Part shown: piece after piece, positions 20,178 to 30,010 of the stretch
Numbering within the stretch: the first letter of the stretch is position 1
How the letters are laid out: every line of letters starts with the position of its first letter
Source of the DNA: an uncultured Chloroflexia bacterium
GTDB lineage: Bacteria; Chloroflexota; Anaerolineae; JAAYZQ01
Assembly (NCBI GenBank): GCA_963700285.1
Contig: CAVOXA010000001.1
Span: 1,696,001 to 1,760,000, forward strand
Direction of reading: 5' to 3'
Length of the DNA: 64,000 nucleotides
Program-made: the position numbers and the translations under genes
Notes under the pieces: generated by a model
Databases searched by the model: none
What the model saw: only the letters and a program-made list of their open reading frames with translations
Told to the model about the DNA's origin: nothing

Positions 20178-21806
20178 TCAGTTGCAGCCCTTGGGAACTT
20201 CCAGTGGATAGACATAATCTTCGGACCGGTCGTTGTACCAGATAGGCGACACAAACTGTTGGCCTGCCTCCATCCGCAGCGTGATGCTTCCCCGCCCCCG
20301 GGGAGGCACGTACAGAACAAACTGATGGTCGCCGGGAGAGAGCTGCAATAGCAGCCTGCCTGGGATATCGCCCTGCTTTGCGGCTACCGACCACTGGCCC
20401 GACCCTCCCCGAATCTGCTCGACCTCAAGGCCCTCTCCAATGTGGTTTTCGACGAGCAGAATCCCCTTCCCCGGCTGCGGCTTTTCGTACCAAGCGGGAC
20501 AGGTATCCTTTGGCTTGGCGGTCGGCGCCGGCGCCTTTGTGGAAGCTTGAGTTGGGGCTGGTACCTCGGTGGCGGCCACCGTAGCGGTTGGGGCCGTGAC
20601 CGCAGGCCGAGTAGCGGTCGCTTGGAGCGTCATCGTCGGCTGGGCTGTGTCGGCCGCGGCCGGTGCCAGGCTTGTGGTCGCCCTCGCGATGGGAGGCGCC
20701 GTGGGCGTCTCGATGGGAGGCGACGCCGACATGACGATGGGCGCTGACGTGACAACTAGCGTAACCGCCTGCTGCGGCGTGACGACCATGGTCACGAACT
20801 GGGGCGGCCGCGACCTGGTCCGCCCGCCCTCCGAGCCGCTGAGGGCGAGGTATAGGCCAACTCCGATCAGGAGGAAGAGCAGTGCGCCAATCATCGCGAC
20901 CAACAGGGGAACAGGGTTCCTCCTGGTCCGCCGAATGGCGGGGGTCGGGGTTGCGGGCCGGGGGGTCAGACCGAGTGCGGCCCTGCTCTCTTTTCCCTGG
21001 CGCAACGCCGCAGCAAACTCGCTGGCTGTCTGGAAACGGTCTGCGGGTCGCTTGGACAGGGCCTTGGCGACAACCTTCTCCAGCCAGCTCGGCAGCTCTG
21101 CATCGTTCCGCCGCAGAGGAGGCGGCGGCTCGTGCACCTGCTTGTACAGCGTCGCCATGGGGGTCTCGGTGTGAAAGGGAACGTGCCCGGTGAGCATCTC
21201 ATACAGCACGATGCCCAGGGCATAGATATCGGTACGGCCATCCGTTGGCTCGGCCAAGCCCTGTTCGGGGGACATGTACTCGGGTGTACCGATGCTGGCC
21301 CCCGTCCGTGTGAGCCGGGTGCTGGCATCCAGGGCCCTGGCAATGCCAAAATCGGTCAGCAGGGGGCGTCCGTCCCGGGCCAGCAGGATGTTGCCGGGCT
21401 TGACGTCGCGGTGTACGAGGCCATGCTGGTGGGCCTGGTCCAGGGCGTCAGCTACCTGCGCGGCCAGCGACACAGCGCGCTCTGCCTGGATCGGGCCGCG
21501 CTGCAGCAGGTCCTTGACCGATCCCCCCTCGGCATAGTCCATGGCCATGTACTGGCGGCCCTCCACTACGCCAGCGTCATAGACGTGCAGAATGTTGGGA
21601 TGGCTGAGCCGGGCCACGGCCCGCGCTTCCTGGCCAAAGCGGGCGATGAACTCTTGGTTGCGGGCCAATTCACCCCGCAACACCTTGATGGCGACGTAGC
21701 GGTTCAGCGATTCCTGGTAGCCCCTGTAGACCACCCCCATCCCGCCCTCACCGATCTGTTCCAGGATCCTGTAGGGGCCAAAGGAGGTGCCGATCAATCG
21801 ATCCAT
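20178..21806 (-). CDS. Hanks-type Ser/Thr kinase 1 (kinase-TM-Pro/Thr linker-small extracellular beta domain)
   Basis: GEGGMG, VAIK, HRDVKPGN, DFG, GTPEYMSPE; TM VPLLVAMIGALLFLLIGVGLYL. Confidence 0.95.
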   Translation of the reverse strand: MDRLIGTSFGPYRILEQIGEGGMGVVYRGYQESLNRYVAIKVLRGELARNQEFIARFGQEARAVARLSHPNILHVYDAGVVEGRQYMAMDYAEGGSVKDLLQRGPIQAERAVSLAAQVADALDQAHQHGLVHRDVKPGNILLARDGRPLLTDFGIARALDASTRLTRTGASIGTPEYMSPEQGLAEPTDGRTDIYALGIVLYEMLTGHVPFHTETPMATLYKQVHEPPPPLRRNDAELPSWLEKVVAKALSKRPADRFQTASEFAAALRQGKESRAALGLTPRPATPTPAIRRTRRNPVPLLVAMIGALLFLLIGVGLYLALSGSEGGRTRSRPPQFVTMVVTPQQAVTLVVTSAPIVMSASPPIETPTAPPIARATTSLAPAAADTAQPTMTLQATATRPAVTAPTATVAATEVPAPTQASTKAPAPTAKPKDTCPAWYEKPQPGKGILLVENHIGEGLEVEQIRGGSGQWSVAAKQGDIPGRLLLQLSPGDHQFVLYVPPRGRGSITLRMEAGQQFVSPIWYNDRSEDYVYPLEVPKGCN

Positions 21807-21884
21807 ATCAAGTCCTCGCCGTGCCCTGCGACCCGTGATCTGTGGCCACATTCTATCACAGTTCAGGTGAACAGGCAAGGTCCC

Positions 21885-23918
21885 CTAGCGCGCCCAGCTC
21901 GGGTCGCCATCCCGGTGTGGTCCCTGAACCAGCGCTACCTTGTCCCTTCCGTCCAGTGGCACGGCCCAGATATCCGATGTATCCTGCTCATCGTTCCGCC
22001 CGTTGCTGTTGGAATCGAGCAACTGGGTAAAGGCGACCCAGCGGCTGTCGGGCGACCAGGCAGGCGTGCGCGCCCAGGCGTTCGCCGTCAGGCTCCGTGG
22101 GTCGCTGCCGTTGGCCCTGGCTACCCAGACGTCGCCCATATCCTCCTCGTCGACGGCGCCATTGCCATTGGTATCGCGGGAGATGCGGAGGAAAGCGACC
22201 CATTGGCCATCGGGCGACCAGGTGGGCTGCACGTCGCAAGCGGGCCCGCCCAGCCAGACCTGGCGCTGGCCTCCATCGCCATTCATGGTAAAGATATCCC
22301 AGTTGCTGCTCCCCTTAAAGCCTTCAGTATAGATGATCCGCCCATCGGGGGCCCAGTCAGGCCATTGGTCCTCGGCGGGGGTAAAGGTCAGGCGCGTGAG
22401 CTGGCCGTTGGCCTGACGGACGTGGATCTCCGAGTTCCCCTCGGCGGTGGTCGACAGCGCCAGGCGGCGCCCGTCGGGGTCCCAGCGCGCATAGTCATCC
22501 CAGGCGCCCGTGGCCACCAGTGGCCCCTGTCCCCCGCCGCTGCCGTCCATCGACCACAGATCGTAGCTGCCCCGCCGGTGGCTGGTGAACGCGATCCGGG
22601 CCCCATCGGGCGACCAGTCGGGCAGCCAATCGTTGGCGTTGTTGTTGGTCAGCCGGGCCACGTTGCCGCTCGTCAGATTCACGACATAGATCTCGAGGTT
22701 GCCGTGGCGGTTGGAGGTAAAAGCCAGCCGCCCAAAGTGTGCGGTAGGCGGCCGGGTTGGAGGCGGCGGTGCGTCCGTTGGAGGTAGCGGGGTGATTGGT
22801 TCCGCTGCTGTGGGGTCGGGCGGCAGCGGGGTGTGTGGCTCCGGCCCCGGCACTGTCCCCACGGCTGGCACCAGCGTCGATGTGGGGCGGGCAGGCGCCG
22901 GCGTGACCACGACGATCGACCTGGCGGCGGTGGGAGTGAGCCTATCCGCAGGAGCGCCGCCACCGGACAGCAGGAGGAGCAAGCCCAGAAGGATTACAAG
23001 GGCCGCCGCAGCGCCGGCCAGGATCCAGGGCAGCAGGGATCGCCGCCGGCCCGTTGGCAGGGGCCGCGGCCCGCCGGCCAGAGATGCCCGAAAGGCCCTT
23101 CGCAGCTCGCTGCCCGACTGGTACCGGTCCTGGGGCCGCTTGGCCAGCGCCTTCAGGATGACCTGCTCCGAGGCCACGGGCAGGCCCGGCCTGATCTGCC
23201 TCGGGGGCGGCGGGACCTCATAGATGACCGCGTGCAGGGTCGCATGGGGCGTCGAGCGGCGAAAAGCCGACCGGCCGGTGAGCATCTGGTAGAGCAACAA
23301 TCCCAGGGCGTAGAGGTCGGCGCGGTGGTCCACCGGCTGGCCTTCGGCCTGCTCGGGGGCCATGTACTCCGGGGTGCCCAGGATGATCCCGGTGCGGGTC
23401 AGGTGCAGGCCATCGGCCGCGCGGGCAATGCCAAAGTCGGCCACCTTGGCTGTTGCGTCCCGGGCCCGGAGCGGGTCGGCACTGAAGAGGATGTTGCTGG
23501 GCTTGATGTCGCGGTGGATCACGCCCTGGCCGTGGGCATAGTCCAGCGCCCTGGACACCTCGGTCACGATGCGCAGGGCTTCTGCCTCGTCCAGGGGACC
23601 GGCGGCCAGCCGTTCCTGGAGGGAGCCGCCCTCCAGGTACTCCATGGCGATATAATACTGCCCGCTGGCGACGCCGGTATCATAGATGTGGACAATGTTG
23701 GGATGGTTGAGCCGGGCTACCGACCTGGCCTCACGCAGGAAACGGGCCACAAACTCCTGGTCGTGCCCAAAGGTGGCCGGGAGGACCTTGAGGGCCACGT
23801 ACCGGCCCAACGATGGCTGCCGCGCCTTGTAGACGACGGCCATCCCACCGCGCCCGATCTCGGTCACGATCTGGTATGTGCCTAGCTGGCTGCCGATCCA
23901 TGATCCGTCAGTACTCAT
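21885..23918 (-). CDS. Ser/Thr kinase 2 (kinase-TM-linker-TolB/PD40 beta-propeller)
   Basis: GRGGMA, HRDIKPSN, DFG, GTPEYMAPE; repeated PxWSPDG; two DxNxNG loops. Confidence 0.95.
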   Translation of the reverse strand: MSTDGSWIGSQLGTYQIVTEIGRGGMAVVYKARQPSLGRYVALKVLPATFGHDQEFVARFLREARSVARLNHPNIVHIYDTGVASGQYYIAMEYLEGGSLQERLAAGPLDEAEALRIVTEVSRALDYAHGQGVIHRDIKPSNILFSADPLRARDATAKVADFGIARAADGLHLTRTGIILGTPEYMAPEQAEGQPVDHRADLYALGLLLYQMLTGRSAFRRSTPHATLHAVIYEVPPPPRQIRPGLPVASEQVILKALAKRPQDRYQSGSELRRAFRASLAGGPRPLPTGRRRSLLPWILAGAAAALVILLGLLLLLSGGGAPADRLTPTAARSIVVVTPAPARPTSTLVPAVGTVPGPEPHTPLPPDPTAAEPITPLPPTDAPPPPTRPPTAHFGRLAFTSNRHGNLEIYVVNLTSGNVARLTNNNANDWLPDWSPDGARIAFTSHRRGSYDLWSMDGSGGGQGPLVATGAWDDYARWDPDGRRLALSTTAEGNSEIHVRQANGQLTRLTFTPAEDQWPDWAPDGRIIYTEGFKGSSNWDIFTMNGDGGQRQVWLGGPACDVQPTWSPDGQWVAFLRISRDTNGNGAVDEEDMGDVWVARANGSDPRSLTANAWARTPAWSPDSRWVAFTQLLDSNSNGRNDEQDTSDIWAVPLDGRDKVALVQGPHRDGDPSWAR

Positions 23919-23977
23919 CGTTGTGCGCCTCAGACCCGAGGCTTGCTGGCTCTCTGGCTGATACGGCTGGCTGCCGA

Positions 23978-25186
23978 TCAGTAGTTGATGGTGAGCGTGT
24001 AGAGATGGTTCTGGTTCAGAGCACCTCCAGTATAAACCTGAAGGTAGTACGTACCGGCCGGCAGGTCCCGTATCCGCAGGTTCATCTGACCATCGCCTCC
24101 AGGTAGCTGGTTAATGTCTCTGTCGACTGACGACTTGTCTGTTCTACGCACCAGGACCTGGCCGTCAGCCTGATAGTTGGTGACGTCAACATTTAGCGTC
24201 GAGTTTCGAGCCAGTACGACGCGATAGTAGTCATTTGTGTCGTTGGGATAGGCACTGTAGGCCTGTCCCGGCCTCAAAGGACCGTATGCTGTAGTCATGG
24301 TATTAAACTGTTCGCAGAAAACGTTGCTCGCAGAGCACGGCGGCGCAAACTGAGGAACCTGATTGGGCTGACGTCTCAGCACTGGCAGAAAGGTACGGGA
24401 CTTTTCGGGTGCGGTCGTACCCAGTGTCACGTCGTCAACAAACAGGTTGCTGTTTGCGGAGCTGTCGGTCTCGGCACGGATATCCAGTTGGACCGTCTGA
24501 CCGGCGTAGGCGCTCAGGTCCACCACGCGTTTGACCCACGTATCCGTATTTGTTTCCGTACACAGGTAAAAGACATCCACAGCTGTAGCGTTATTGATGA
24601 CAACGCCACCAAGGTCATTTTCACAACTATCCGCAGAGGCAATCCACATCCAGAAGCCCAGAACCGCTTCTTGTGCATTCGCTGGAACAGTGACAATCTG
24701 CGCGATTGCCGAAATTTCGTCGTCAGCGCCGCCCAGCCATACGGCCCAACGGCCACCGTGCGGGGGGGTGAGGAGGACCTCCTCATCCAAGATGAGGGGC
24801 CAGCCCTGCTTGGAATACTCGTACCACGAACCATCGGGCCCATTCTCAAAACCACCGTCGACGATGCCGTTGACCGCGGCCGGGGCGCCTGCCGTTGGCC
24901 CGTCAAGCTGGGCCTGCTGGCCCGGTCCCTTTGGCAGGCTGTGAGGGTCGACCATGCCCTGCTCAGTCTCACCTACTTTCCGGCTTTCCCCAGTGGGCTC
25001 GGCAACGCTTCCAAGTAGCTGTGACGCCGCGTCGCGCAGGATGGGACCGTCGCTGTTCGCTGTGCCCTGCGGTCTGGCGCCTGTCAGGGCCTGGCTAGGC
25101 CCACGGGCAATGCCTGGTAGGCCGGCAAGGATCATCACCAGACTCAGTCCCACGCTTACTATGATGGCAAAACGCCCAAAGTTCAT
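23978..25186 (-). CDS. Secreted protein: signal peptide, jelly-roll/CBM-like domain, FLPVLRR motif, PPC-like domain
   Basis: Hydrophobic N-terminus; NGIVDGGFE...VDLSAYAGQTV...FVDDVTL; RTFLPVLRR at 24371-24397; C-terminal GPL...YPNDTNDYY...GTYYLQVY...YTLTINY. Confidence 0.75.
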   Translation of the reverse strand: MNFGRFAIIVSVGLSLVMILAGLPGIARGPSQALTGARPQGTANSDGPILRDAASQLLGSVAEPTGESRKVGETEQGMVDPHSLPKGPGQQAQLDGPTAGAPAAVNGIVDGGFENGPDGSWYEYSKQGWPLILDEEVLLTPPHGGRWAVWLGGADDEISAIAQIVTVPANAQEAVLGFWMWIASADSCENDLGGVVINNATAVDVFYLCTETNTDTWVKRVVDLSAYAGQTVQLDIRAETDSSANSNLFVDDVTLGTTAPEKSRTFLPVLRRQPNQVPQFAPPCSASNVFCEQFNTMTTAYGPLRPGQAYSAYPNDTNDYYRVVLARNSTLNVDVTNYQADGQVLVRRTDKSSVDRDINQLPGGDGQMNLRIRDLPAGTYYLQVYTGGALNQNHLYTLTINY

Positions 25187-25260
25187 GTCCTTCTCCTTTT
25201 CCTTTCTGGCTGCTGTGCTGTTGATGTCACGCTACTCTCTCTGCTCACGGAGGCCAGTTG

Positions 25261-27162
25261 TTAGGGTGGCGGCTCGGTTGGCAACCCGGGACCACCTGAT
25301 GGGGGCTTCCAGGTCAAGGTCCGTTCCTCGCTCATGGGACTCAGCGGCACCCCGGTGGGCCTGCCCTTGGCGTCCTCGCCCGTCTTTTGCATAACATGCA
25401 CCGACCACTGGAACTTGCCATCAGCCGACAGATCTTTTGCCAGGTAGTCGTGCTCGCTTAGGGTCCAGTGAGACTCCCGGGTCCACGGCGTCTCGTCCTT
25501 CCAGGTATCGGCCGGAGCAGCTGTAGGCGAGAAGGTCACCACAACCTCATAGTACACCTCTGGCGGCAATTGGCCCACAGGCTGCCAGGACAGTACGACC
25601 GTGTCCTGCGTCGTGAAAGCATCACCATCCTGCGGGCCCAGCAGGACCGGGGCGGCAAACTGCCCGCTAACCCTGGTGGGTGGCGCCGTCACGGTAGGCG
25701 CAAGCTTGGCCGGCGCTTCCGTCGCGGTTGGCGTGGGTGACTGGGTCGACGTGGGCGCAGCGGTCGTTGTCGCCGTCGGCGACGGCGTTGGCGGACTGGT
25801 GGCTGTATCGGCCGCCGTGCTTGTCGCCTGCCGAGTCGCTGGGGGCGGCGTTTCCGTGTCCTCTGTGGTGGGCGGCACGGAGGTCACCGCCGGTGAGGGC
25901 GTGGGTGCTGGGATCCTGCTCTCCACCGTAGGTGGTGCGGGTGTAGCAGACGGCCCGGGCAGGGGCGACGGGCCCGGCTCCTGGGCCGTCGCCGTCTGGG
26001 CAACGGCCGTCTGGGCCATGGCCACCGCCGTCGCCTCCGTCTGGGGAGCAGGAGGGGGCGGCCCGCCGATGCCCCCCAGGGCCATGACCAGGCCCGCCGC
26101 CAAGAGGATCAAGGCCAGGGCGCCCACCACCCATATCCCGACCGGCACCCGGCGCCTCGCCGGTTGCGGACCAACCGCGGCTCCAGCCCCGGCCGGACCC
26201 CCGGCCGGCGGCGCTTGTGCTGGCCCCCCCGGCACCGCGCCCGCGGCAGCCACGCCAGCCGCTCCCACCAGCACTGTGGGTGATTCCGGGGGCGGCGTGA
26301 CCGGCCGGGGGGGTGGGGCCTTGACCGGCTGGCCGGCCATGGCCCTCTCCAGGTCATCGGCAAAGGCCCGCACGGACGGGTAGCGATCCGCGGGCGCCTT
26401 GGCCAGGGCCTTGCCCAGCACGTATTCCACCTGCACCGGTAGATCCTGCCGCGTCCCGCGCACCGGTGGCGGTGGCTCGAAGGCGATCTTGAACATGAGG
26501 GCCGCCGTGTTATCGGCATAAAAGGGCACGCCGCCGACCAGCATCTGGTAGGCCACCACCGCCAGGCTGTACTGGTCGCTGCGGGCATCGGCAACCTGTC
26601 CCTGGGCCTGCTCTGGGGACAGATACTCGGGCGTTCCAATCACCATACCTGTGGCCGTCAGGCCCGAGTCCTGCACGGCCCGGGCGATACCAAAGTCGGT
26701 CAGGGTGACCCGTCCCGCGCGTCCGACGACGACGTTCGAGGGCTTGATGTCGCGGTGGACCAGCCCGTTGTGGTGGGCAAAGTCCAGCGCGTCGGCCAGC
26801 GGGCGCAGGATCGACATCACCTGCTTGGGCGCCAGGGGGCCCTGCCGCTGGACAAGGTTGGTCAGCGTCTCTCCGGCCAGGTACTCCATCACGTAATAGT
26901 ACCAGCCGCCCTCCTGCCCTACGTCGTAGATGTGAACGATGTTGGGGTGTTCCAGCCGGGCGGCGGCGCGCGCCTCGCGCAGGAACCGCTCGACCGAGTT
27001 CTGCTGCCAGGCCAGATGGGGGGCCAGTACCTTGACCGCCACGTGGCGGTCAAGGTTCGGGTCATAGCCCCGGTAGACGGTGGACATCCCGCCGCGGCCG
27101 ATCTCGTCCTGGATCCGGTACTTGCCCAACTGGGTTCCGACTAGTGATCTGTCATTGTTCAT
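25261..27162 (-). CDS. Ser/Thr kinase 3 (kinase-TM-linker-FN3-like extracellular domain)
   Basis: GRGGMS, HRDIKPSN, DFG, GTPEYLSPE; C-terminal FAAPVLLGP...LSWQPVGQLP...FQWSV...PLSPMSEERTLTW. Confidence 0.95.
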   Translation of the reverse strand: MNNDRSLVGTQLGKYRIQDEIGRGGMSTVYRGYDPNLDRHVAVKVLAPHLAWQQNSVERFLREARAAARLEHPNIVHIYDVGQEGGWYYYVMEYLAGETLTNLVQRQGPLAPKQVMSILRPLADALDFAHHNGLVHRDIKPSNVVVGRAGRVTLTDFGIARAVQDSGLTATGMVIGTPEYLSPEQAQGQVADARSDQYSLAVVAYQMLVGGVPFYADNTAALMFKIAFEPPPPVRGTRQDLPVQVEYVLGKALAKAPADRYPSVRAFADDLERAMAGQPVKAPPPRPVTPPPESPTVLVGAAGVAAAGAVPGGPAQAPPAGGPAGAGAAVGPQPARRRVPVGIWVVGALALILLAAGLVMALGGIGGPPPPAPQTEATAVAMAQTAVAQTATAQEPGPSPLPGPSATPAPPTVESRIPAPTPSPAVTSVPPTTEDTETPPPATRQATSTAADTATSPPTPSPTATTTAAPTSTQSPTPTATEAPAKLAPTVTAPPTRVSGQFAAPVLLGPQDGDAFTTQDTVVLSWQPVGQLPPEVYYEVVVTFSPTAAPADTWKDETPWTRESHWTLSEHDYLAKDLSADGKFQWSVHVMQKTGEDAKGRPTGVPLSPMSEERTLTWKPPSGGPGLPTEPPP

Positions 27163-27270
27163 CCTCACCTGCCTCTGTTTGGCGTCTAGGCTAACGTCGT
27201 CAAGGGTGACCGCTATGGACGCGATGCAATTCTAGTTACGTCCATGCGCGCTCAGGTCTCCGTCGTTGCT

Positions 27271-28437
27271 TCAACGCGGGATACCCTCCCACTTGAACCA
27301 CACCGGGTCGGAGTCGACCTGGCCCGGCTGCTTGCTCAGGTTGCGCAGGTTGGTCCCCCGGTCGTTCACCACCTCCATGACCCAGATCTGGCGCGTGGCT
27401 TCGCTCAGCTTGTCCGCCCGGTTGGAATAGAATGCGATCCGGCGGCCATCCGGCGACCAGGTGGGATGCTTGTCCCACTCCCAATCGTTCTGCGTCAGGC
27501 GCCGCTGGTTCTGGTCCCCGGGATCCAGCGTCTTGATATAGATCTCGTCGTTGGCGTTGCGGTTGGTCACCCAGGCCAGCCACCAGCCGTCGGCCGACAG
27601 CACCGGGTCCCAATCCTTGCGGTTGTTGACGATGATCATCTCCTTGCGGCCCGTGTCCAGCCACAGGCGGTAGATGTCCAGCGGCCTGTCGCTCACCTCC
27701 ACCCGCCACGCGCCGTCGGGCGAGGTCCGGTCGCGGACCAGGCCCCACTGGTATGCCTGCGTGTTGCACATCGGCGCCTGGTTCGAGCCGTCGCCGTCCA
27801 TGACCCAGATCTCGACCGGGCCACAGGCGTTGCCGCTGCGGGCGTCGCAGCGCTGCTGCCGCCGGAAGCCGATGACGCCCCGCTCCGCGTAGCGGCAGCG
27901 GGGCTGGGCCGGCGGCCTGGCCGTCGGCGGCGCCTCCTCCGTTTGCCCGGTCTCGGGCGCTGACGCGGTCAAAGCAGGCGCGGCGGGCGTGCCCGGTATC
28001 AGGGTGGCCGTCGGACTGACCTCGGGCGGGGTCGCCCCGGCCCCTGGCGGCGTGGCCGTGGGCGGTCGCGCCGTGTCCTGGGGTGTTGCCTCCACTGGGC
28101 CCGGATTGCCGGCCTCGGGCGAAGGGCTCGTCGGTGGCGTCTCGACCACAATGAGTACCGCCGTCCGTACCGACTCTACCGTACTCTCTACGAGCTCTTT
28201 TTCCGGTCGCTGGAGTAGCAGCAGGGCCAGTAGGGCCAGCAGCATCACGACCAGAACCGCGGCGATGCCGCCCACCAGCCCGATCAGTAACGTGGATGAC
28301 GAGCGGCGCCCGGGTCGCACCGAGGTGGGGGAGCGGCCCACCGGCTGCGCCCCCGACCCGGACGGCAGCGTCTGTCCGCACTGGAGGCAGTAATAGGCGC
28401 TCTCTGGGTTTTTCTTGCCGCATTCTGGGCAGTACAT
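27271..28437 (-). CDS. Zinc-ribbon, TM, PD40/TolB-like propeller protein
   Basis: MYCPECG...YCLQCG, TM helix, Pro/Thr linker, HPTWSPDG-type repeats. Confidence 0.85.
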   Translation of the reverse strand: MYCPECGKKNPESAYYCLQCGQTLPSGSGAQPVGRSPTSVRPGRRSSSTLLIGLVGGIAAVLVVMLLALLALLLLQRPEKELVESTVESVRTAVLIVVETPPTSPSPEAGNPGPVEATPQDTARPPTATPPGAGATPPEVSPTATLIPGTPAAPALTASAPETGQTEEAPPTARPPAQPRCRYAERGVIGFRRQQRCDARSGNACGPVEIWVMDGDGSNQAPMCNTQAYQWGLVRDRTSPDGAWRVEVSDRPLDIYRLWLDTGRKEMIIVNNRKDWDPVLSADGWWLAWVTNRNANDEIYIKTLDPGDQNQRRLTQNDWEWDKHPTWSPDGRRIAFYSNRADKLSEATRQIWVMEVVNDRGTNLRNLSKQPGQVDSDPVWFKWEGIPR

Positions 28438-28622
28438 GGTTCAGTGTCCTGAGCGAGTTATCCTCTTCAGGGATCGCGAGTAGCTGGCCGCTGGGCACCG
28501 CCGTGAACAGGCGGTGCTGGATGCTGCATCTGGATCCGGCGTGCTACCGTCTCCAGCACCGGCTCTTCAGGCCGGTGCGAGCGCCTGCTGGTAGCTGTTG
28601 GGCACAGTCCCTTCAGCCGTTT

Positions 28623-28669
28623 GTAGTGCGCGCTTCAGCGCGCTTCTGTGGCGCCAAAGCGCCTACTAC
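28623..28669. repeat. Inverted pair of GTAG-type REP-like palindromes
   Basis: GTAGTGCGCGC-TTCA-GCGCGC facing GCGCCAAAGCGCCTACTAC (reverse complement GTAGTAGGCGCTTTGGCGC). Confidence 0.55.
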
Positions 28670-28796
28670 GAACCTCTGTTCGTCTGCCACAGTAGGTTCC
28701 CGCCTGTCCCATTGCTTGACCGGTGGGTCAAGAGCCATAACGGGGCTGGAAAACCGGCCAGCCTGCCTCCAAGCCCGATTGATCGGGCGCCGCTCT

Positions 28797-28822
28797 GTAG
28801 CCGGGCGACTTTATCGCCCGGC
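28797..28822. repeat. GTAG-type REP-like palindrome
   Basis: GTAG-CCGGGCGA-CTTTA-TCGCCCGG. Confidence 0.55.
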
Positions 28823-28869
28823 GGTCTGCACCGGCTCCGATGGGCCGCCAGCCAGGCATCCAACTCGGG

Positions 28870-29083
28870 CCCCGCCCTGAGCCTCGAATCCTGAGGCTGT
28901 CCCCAGAACCTACTACACAGGGCGGGACCGGTTCATCTTTGGTTGGGCACACCACCCGGGCGGCGCCCCAACCGGGAACAGGCCTGGAGTTTTCTCTCTC
29001 TCGGCACTAGCGCCGCGTCCGTGAACCCGGCGCACCTGGCCTTTGAGGAACACACCTGGCGACCCCGCACACCGAAACCCGAT
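28870..29083 (-). ncRNA. Remnant of the DGR template RNA: TR 3' end/IMH* plus downstream structured spacer
   Basis: 29055-29082 is identical to 30083-30110 (VR1 3' end), then diverges (GGTGTGT vs GGAGAGT). It is followed by a structured stretch closing with CCCGCCCTG...CAGGGCGGG. Confidence 0.7.
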
Positions 29084-29953
29084 GAAATCCACGCCGACCT
29101 GGACCGGAAACACCAGGCTCTTCTTGGGATGCAGGACCAAGCGCAGCCGCGCCCCCAGGAACTCACGGATGGCGGCCTTCCAGTCCTGCAGTTGCGCCTT
29201 GTCGTTGCAAAAGAGGACAAAGTCGTCCATGTAGCGCAGGTAGGCGCGACACTTCAACTGGTGTTTGGCAAACGTGTCCAGCTCGTGCAAATACAGGTTG
29301 GCCCAGAACTGGCTGGTAAGGTTCCCGATCGGAAGGCAGCGCGGGCGCAGCGCCGCAAAGAGGCCCTCACCCGAGCCCGTCGTCGGGTAATCGCCCGGGA
29401 AATAGACGGGCGGGCACTCGCTGGCCTGGATCCCCGCGCCGCTGTCCAAGATCTGGTCCACCAGCCACATCGCCTCCTGGTCGGCGATGCGCCGGGCAAG
29501 CAGGCCGCGCAGGATCTGGTGGTCGACGCTCGGAAAGTACTTGACGACATCGCCATGAAAGGCGTAGCCGTACTGGCGCAGCCAGGCCTGGCACTGATCC
29601 AGCGCCCGGTGGGTGCCCTTGCCCTGGCGACAGGCAAAGCTGGTGTCGATGAAACGCGCCTCCCAGATCGGCTCGATGACCCGGCACAGCGCGTGGTGCA
29701 CGACCCGATCGCGGAAGGGCGCGGCGCTGACCAGCCTCCGCTTCGGCTCGTGGATGTAGAAACTGGTGTAGGCGCCGGGCTGGTAGCTCCCCCCGCGCAG
29801 CTCGGCTTGCAGGTCCAGCAGGTTGTGCTCCAGGTCAAACTCAAAGCTGGCCACCGCCGCCCGGTCGCGCTTGCCTCTGCGGGCGGCGCGGAAGGCCAGG
29901 TAGAGGTTCTCAAAGCTATGGATCTGTGGGTACAGGTTCTTGTACGTTTTCAT
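28913..29953 (-). CDS. DGR reverse transcriptase; C-terminal thumb replaced by TR-derived sequence (probably inactive)
   Basis: MKTYKNLY...ARRGK, EPKRRLVSAAPFRDRVVHHA, ACRQGKGTH, DVVKYFPSVDH, CLPIGNLTSQ, YLRYMDDF, GVDFIGFR, then non-RT sequence beginning CAGSPG, the same as the target C-terminus. Confidence 0.92.
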   Translation of the reverse strand: MKTYKNLYPQIHSFENLYLAFRAARRGKRDRAAVASFEFDLEHNLLDLQAELRGGSYQPGAYTSFYIHEPKRRLVSAAPFRDRVVHHALCRVIEPIWEARFIDTSFACRQGKGTHRALDQCQAWLRQYGYAFHGDVVKYFPSVDHQILRGLLARRIADQEAMWLVDQILDSGAGIQASECPPVYFPGDYPTTGSGEGLFAALRPRCLPIGNLTSQFWANLYLHELDTFAKHQLKCRAYLRYMDDFVLFCNDKAQLQDWKAAIREFLGARLRLVLHPKKSLVFPVQVGVDFIGFRCAGSPGVFLKGQVRRVHGRGASAEREKTPGLFPVGAPPGWCAQPKMNRSRPV

Positions 29954-30010
29954 AGATCATGCTTCCCCGGCACCTGAGGGGCTAAAGCTCCCAAAACCCT
30001 CCCGCGGCGA

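Noticed and set aside
22630-22660. AAC-rich tract as a candidate template repeat
   Set aside because: It encodes TNNNAND within the kinase 2 propeller and has no similarity to the VRs.
21132-22787. Long plus-strand ORFs opposite the island genes (also 22833-23885, 28943-29977, 51995-53308)
   Set aside because: Antisense shadow ORFs typical of high-GC DNA; no motifs, and the opposite strand has clear genes.
28440-28870. Possible intact TR or avd downstream of the RT
   Set aside because: No AAC-rich VR-like copy and no credible ~110-130 aa helical ORF; only REP-like palindromes.
28913-29953. Group II intron or retron interpretation of the RT
   Set aside because: The LPIGNLTSQ motif, small size, lack of maturase/endonuclease domains and adjacency to FGE targets with VRs indicate a DGR RT.
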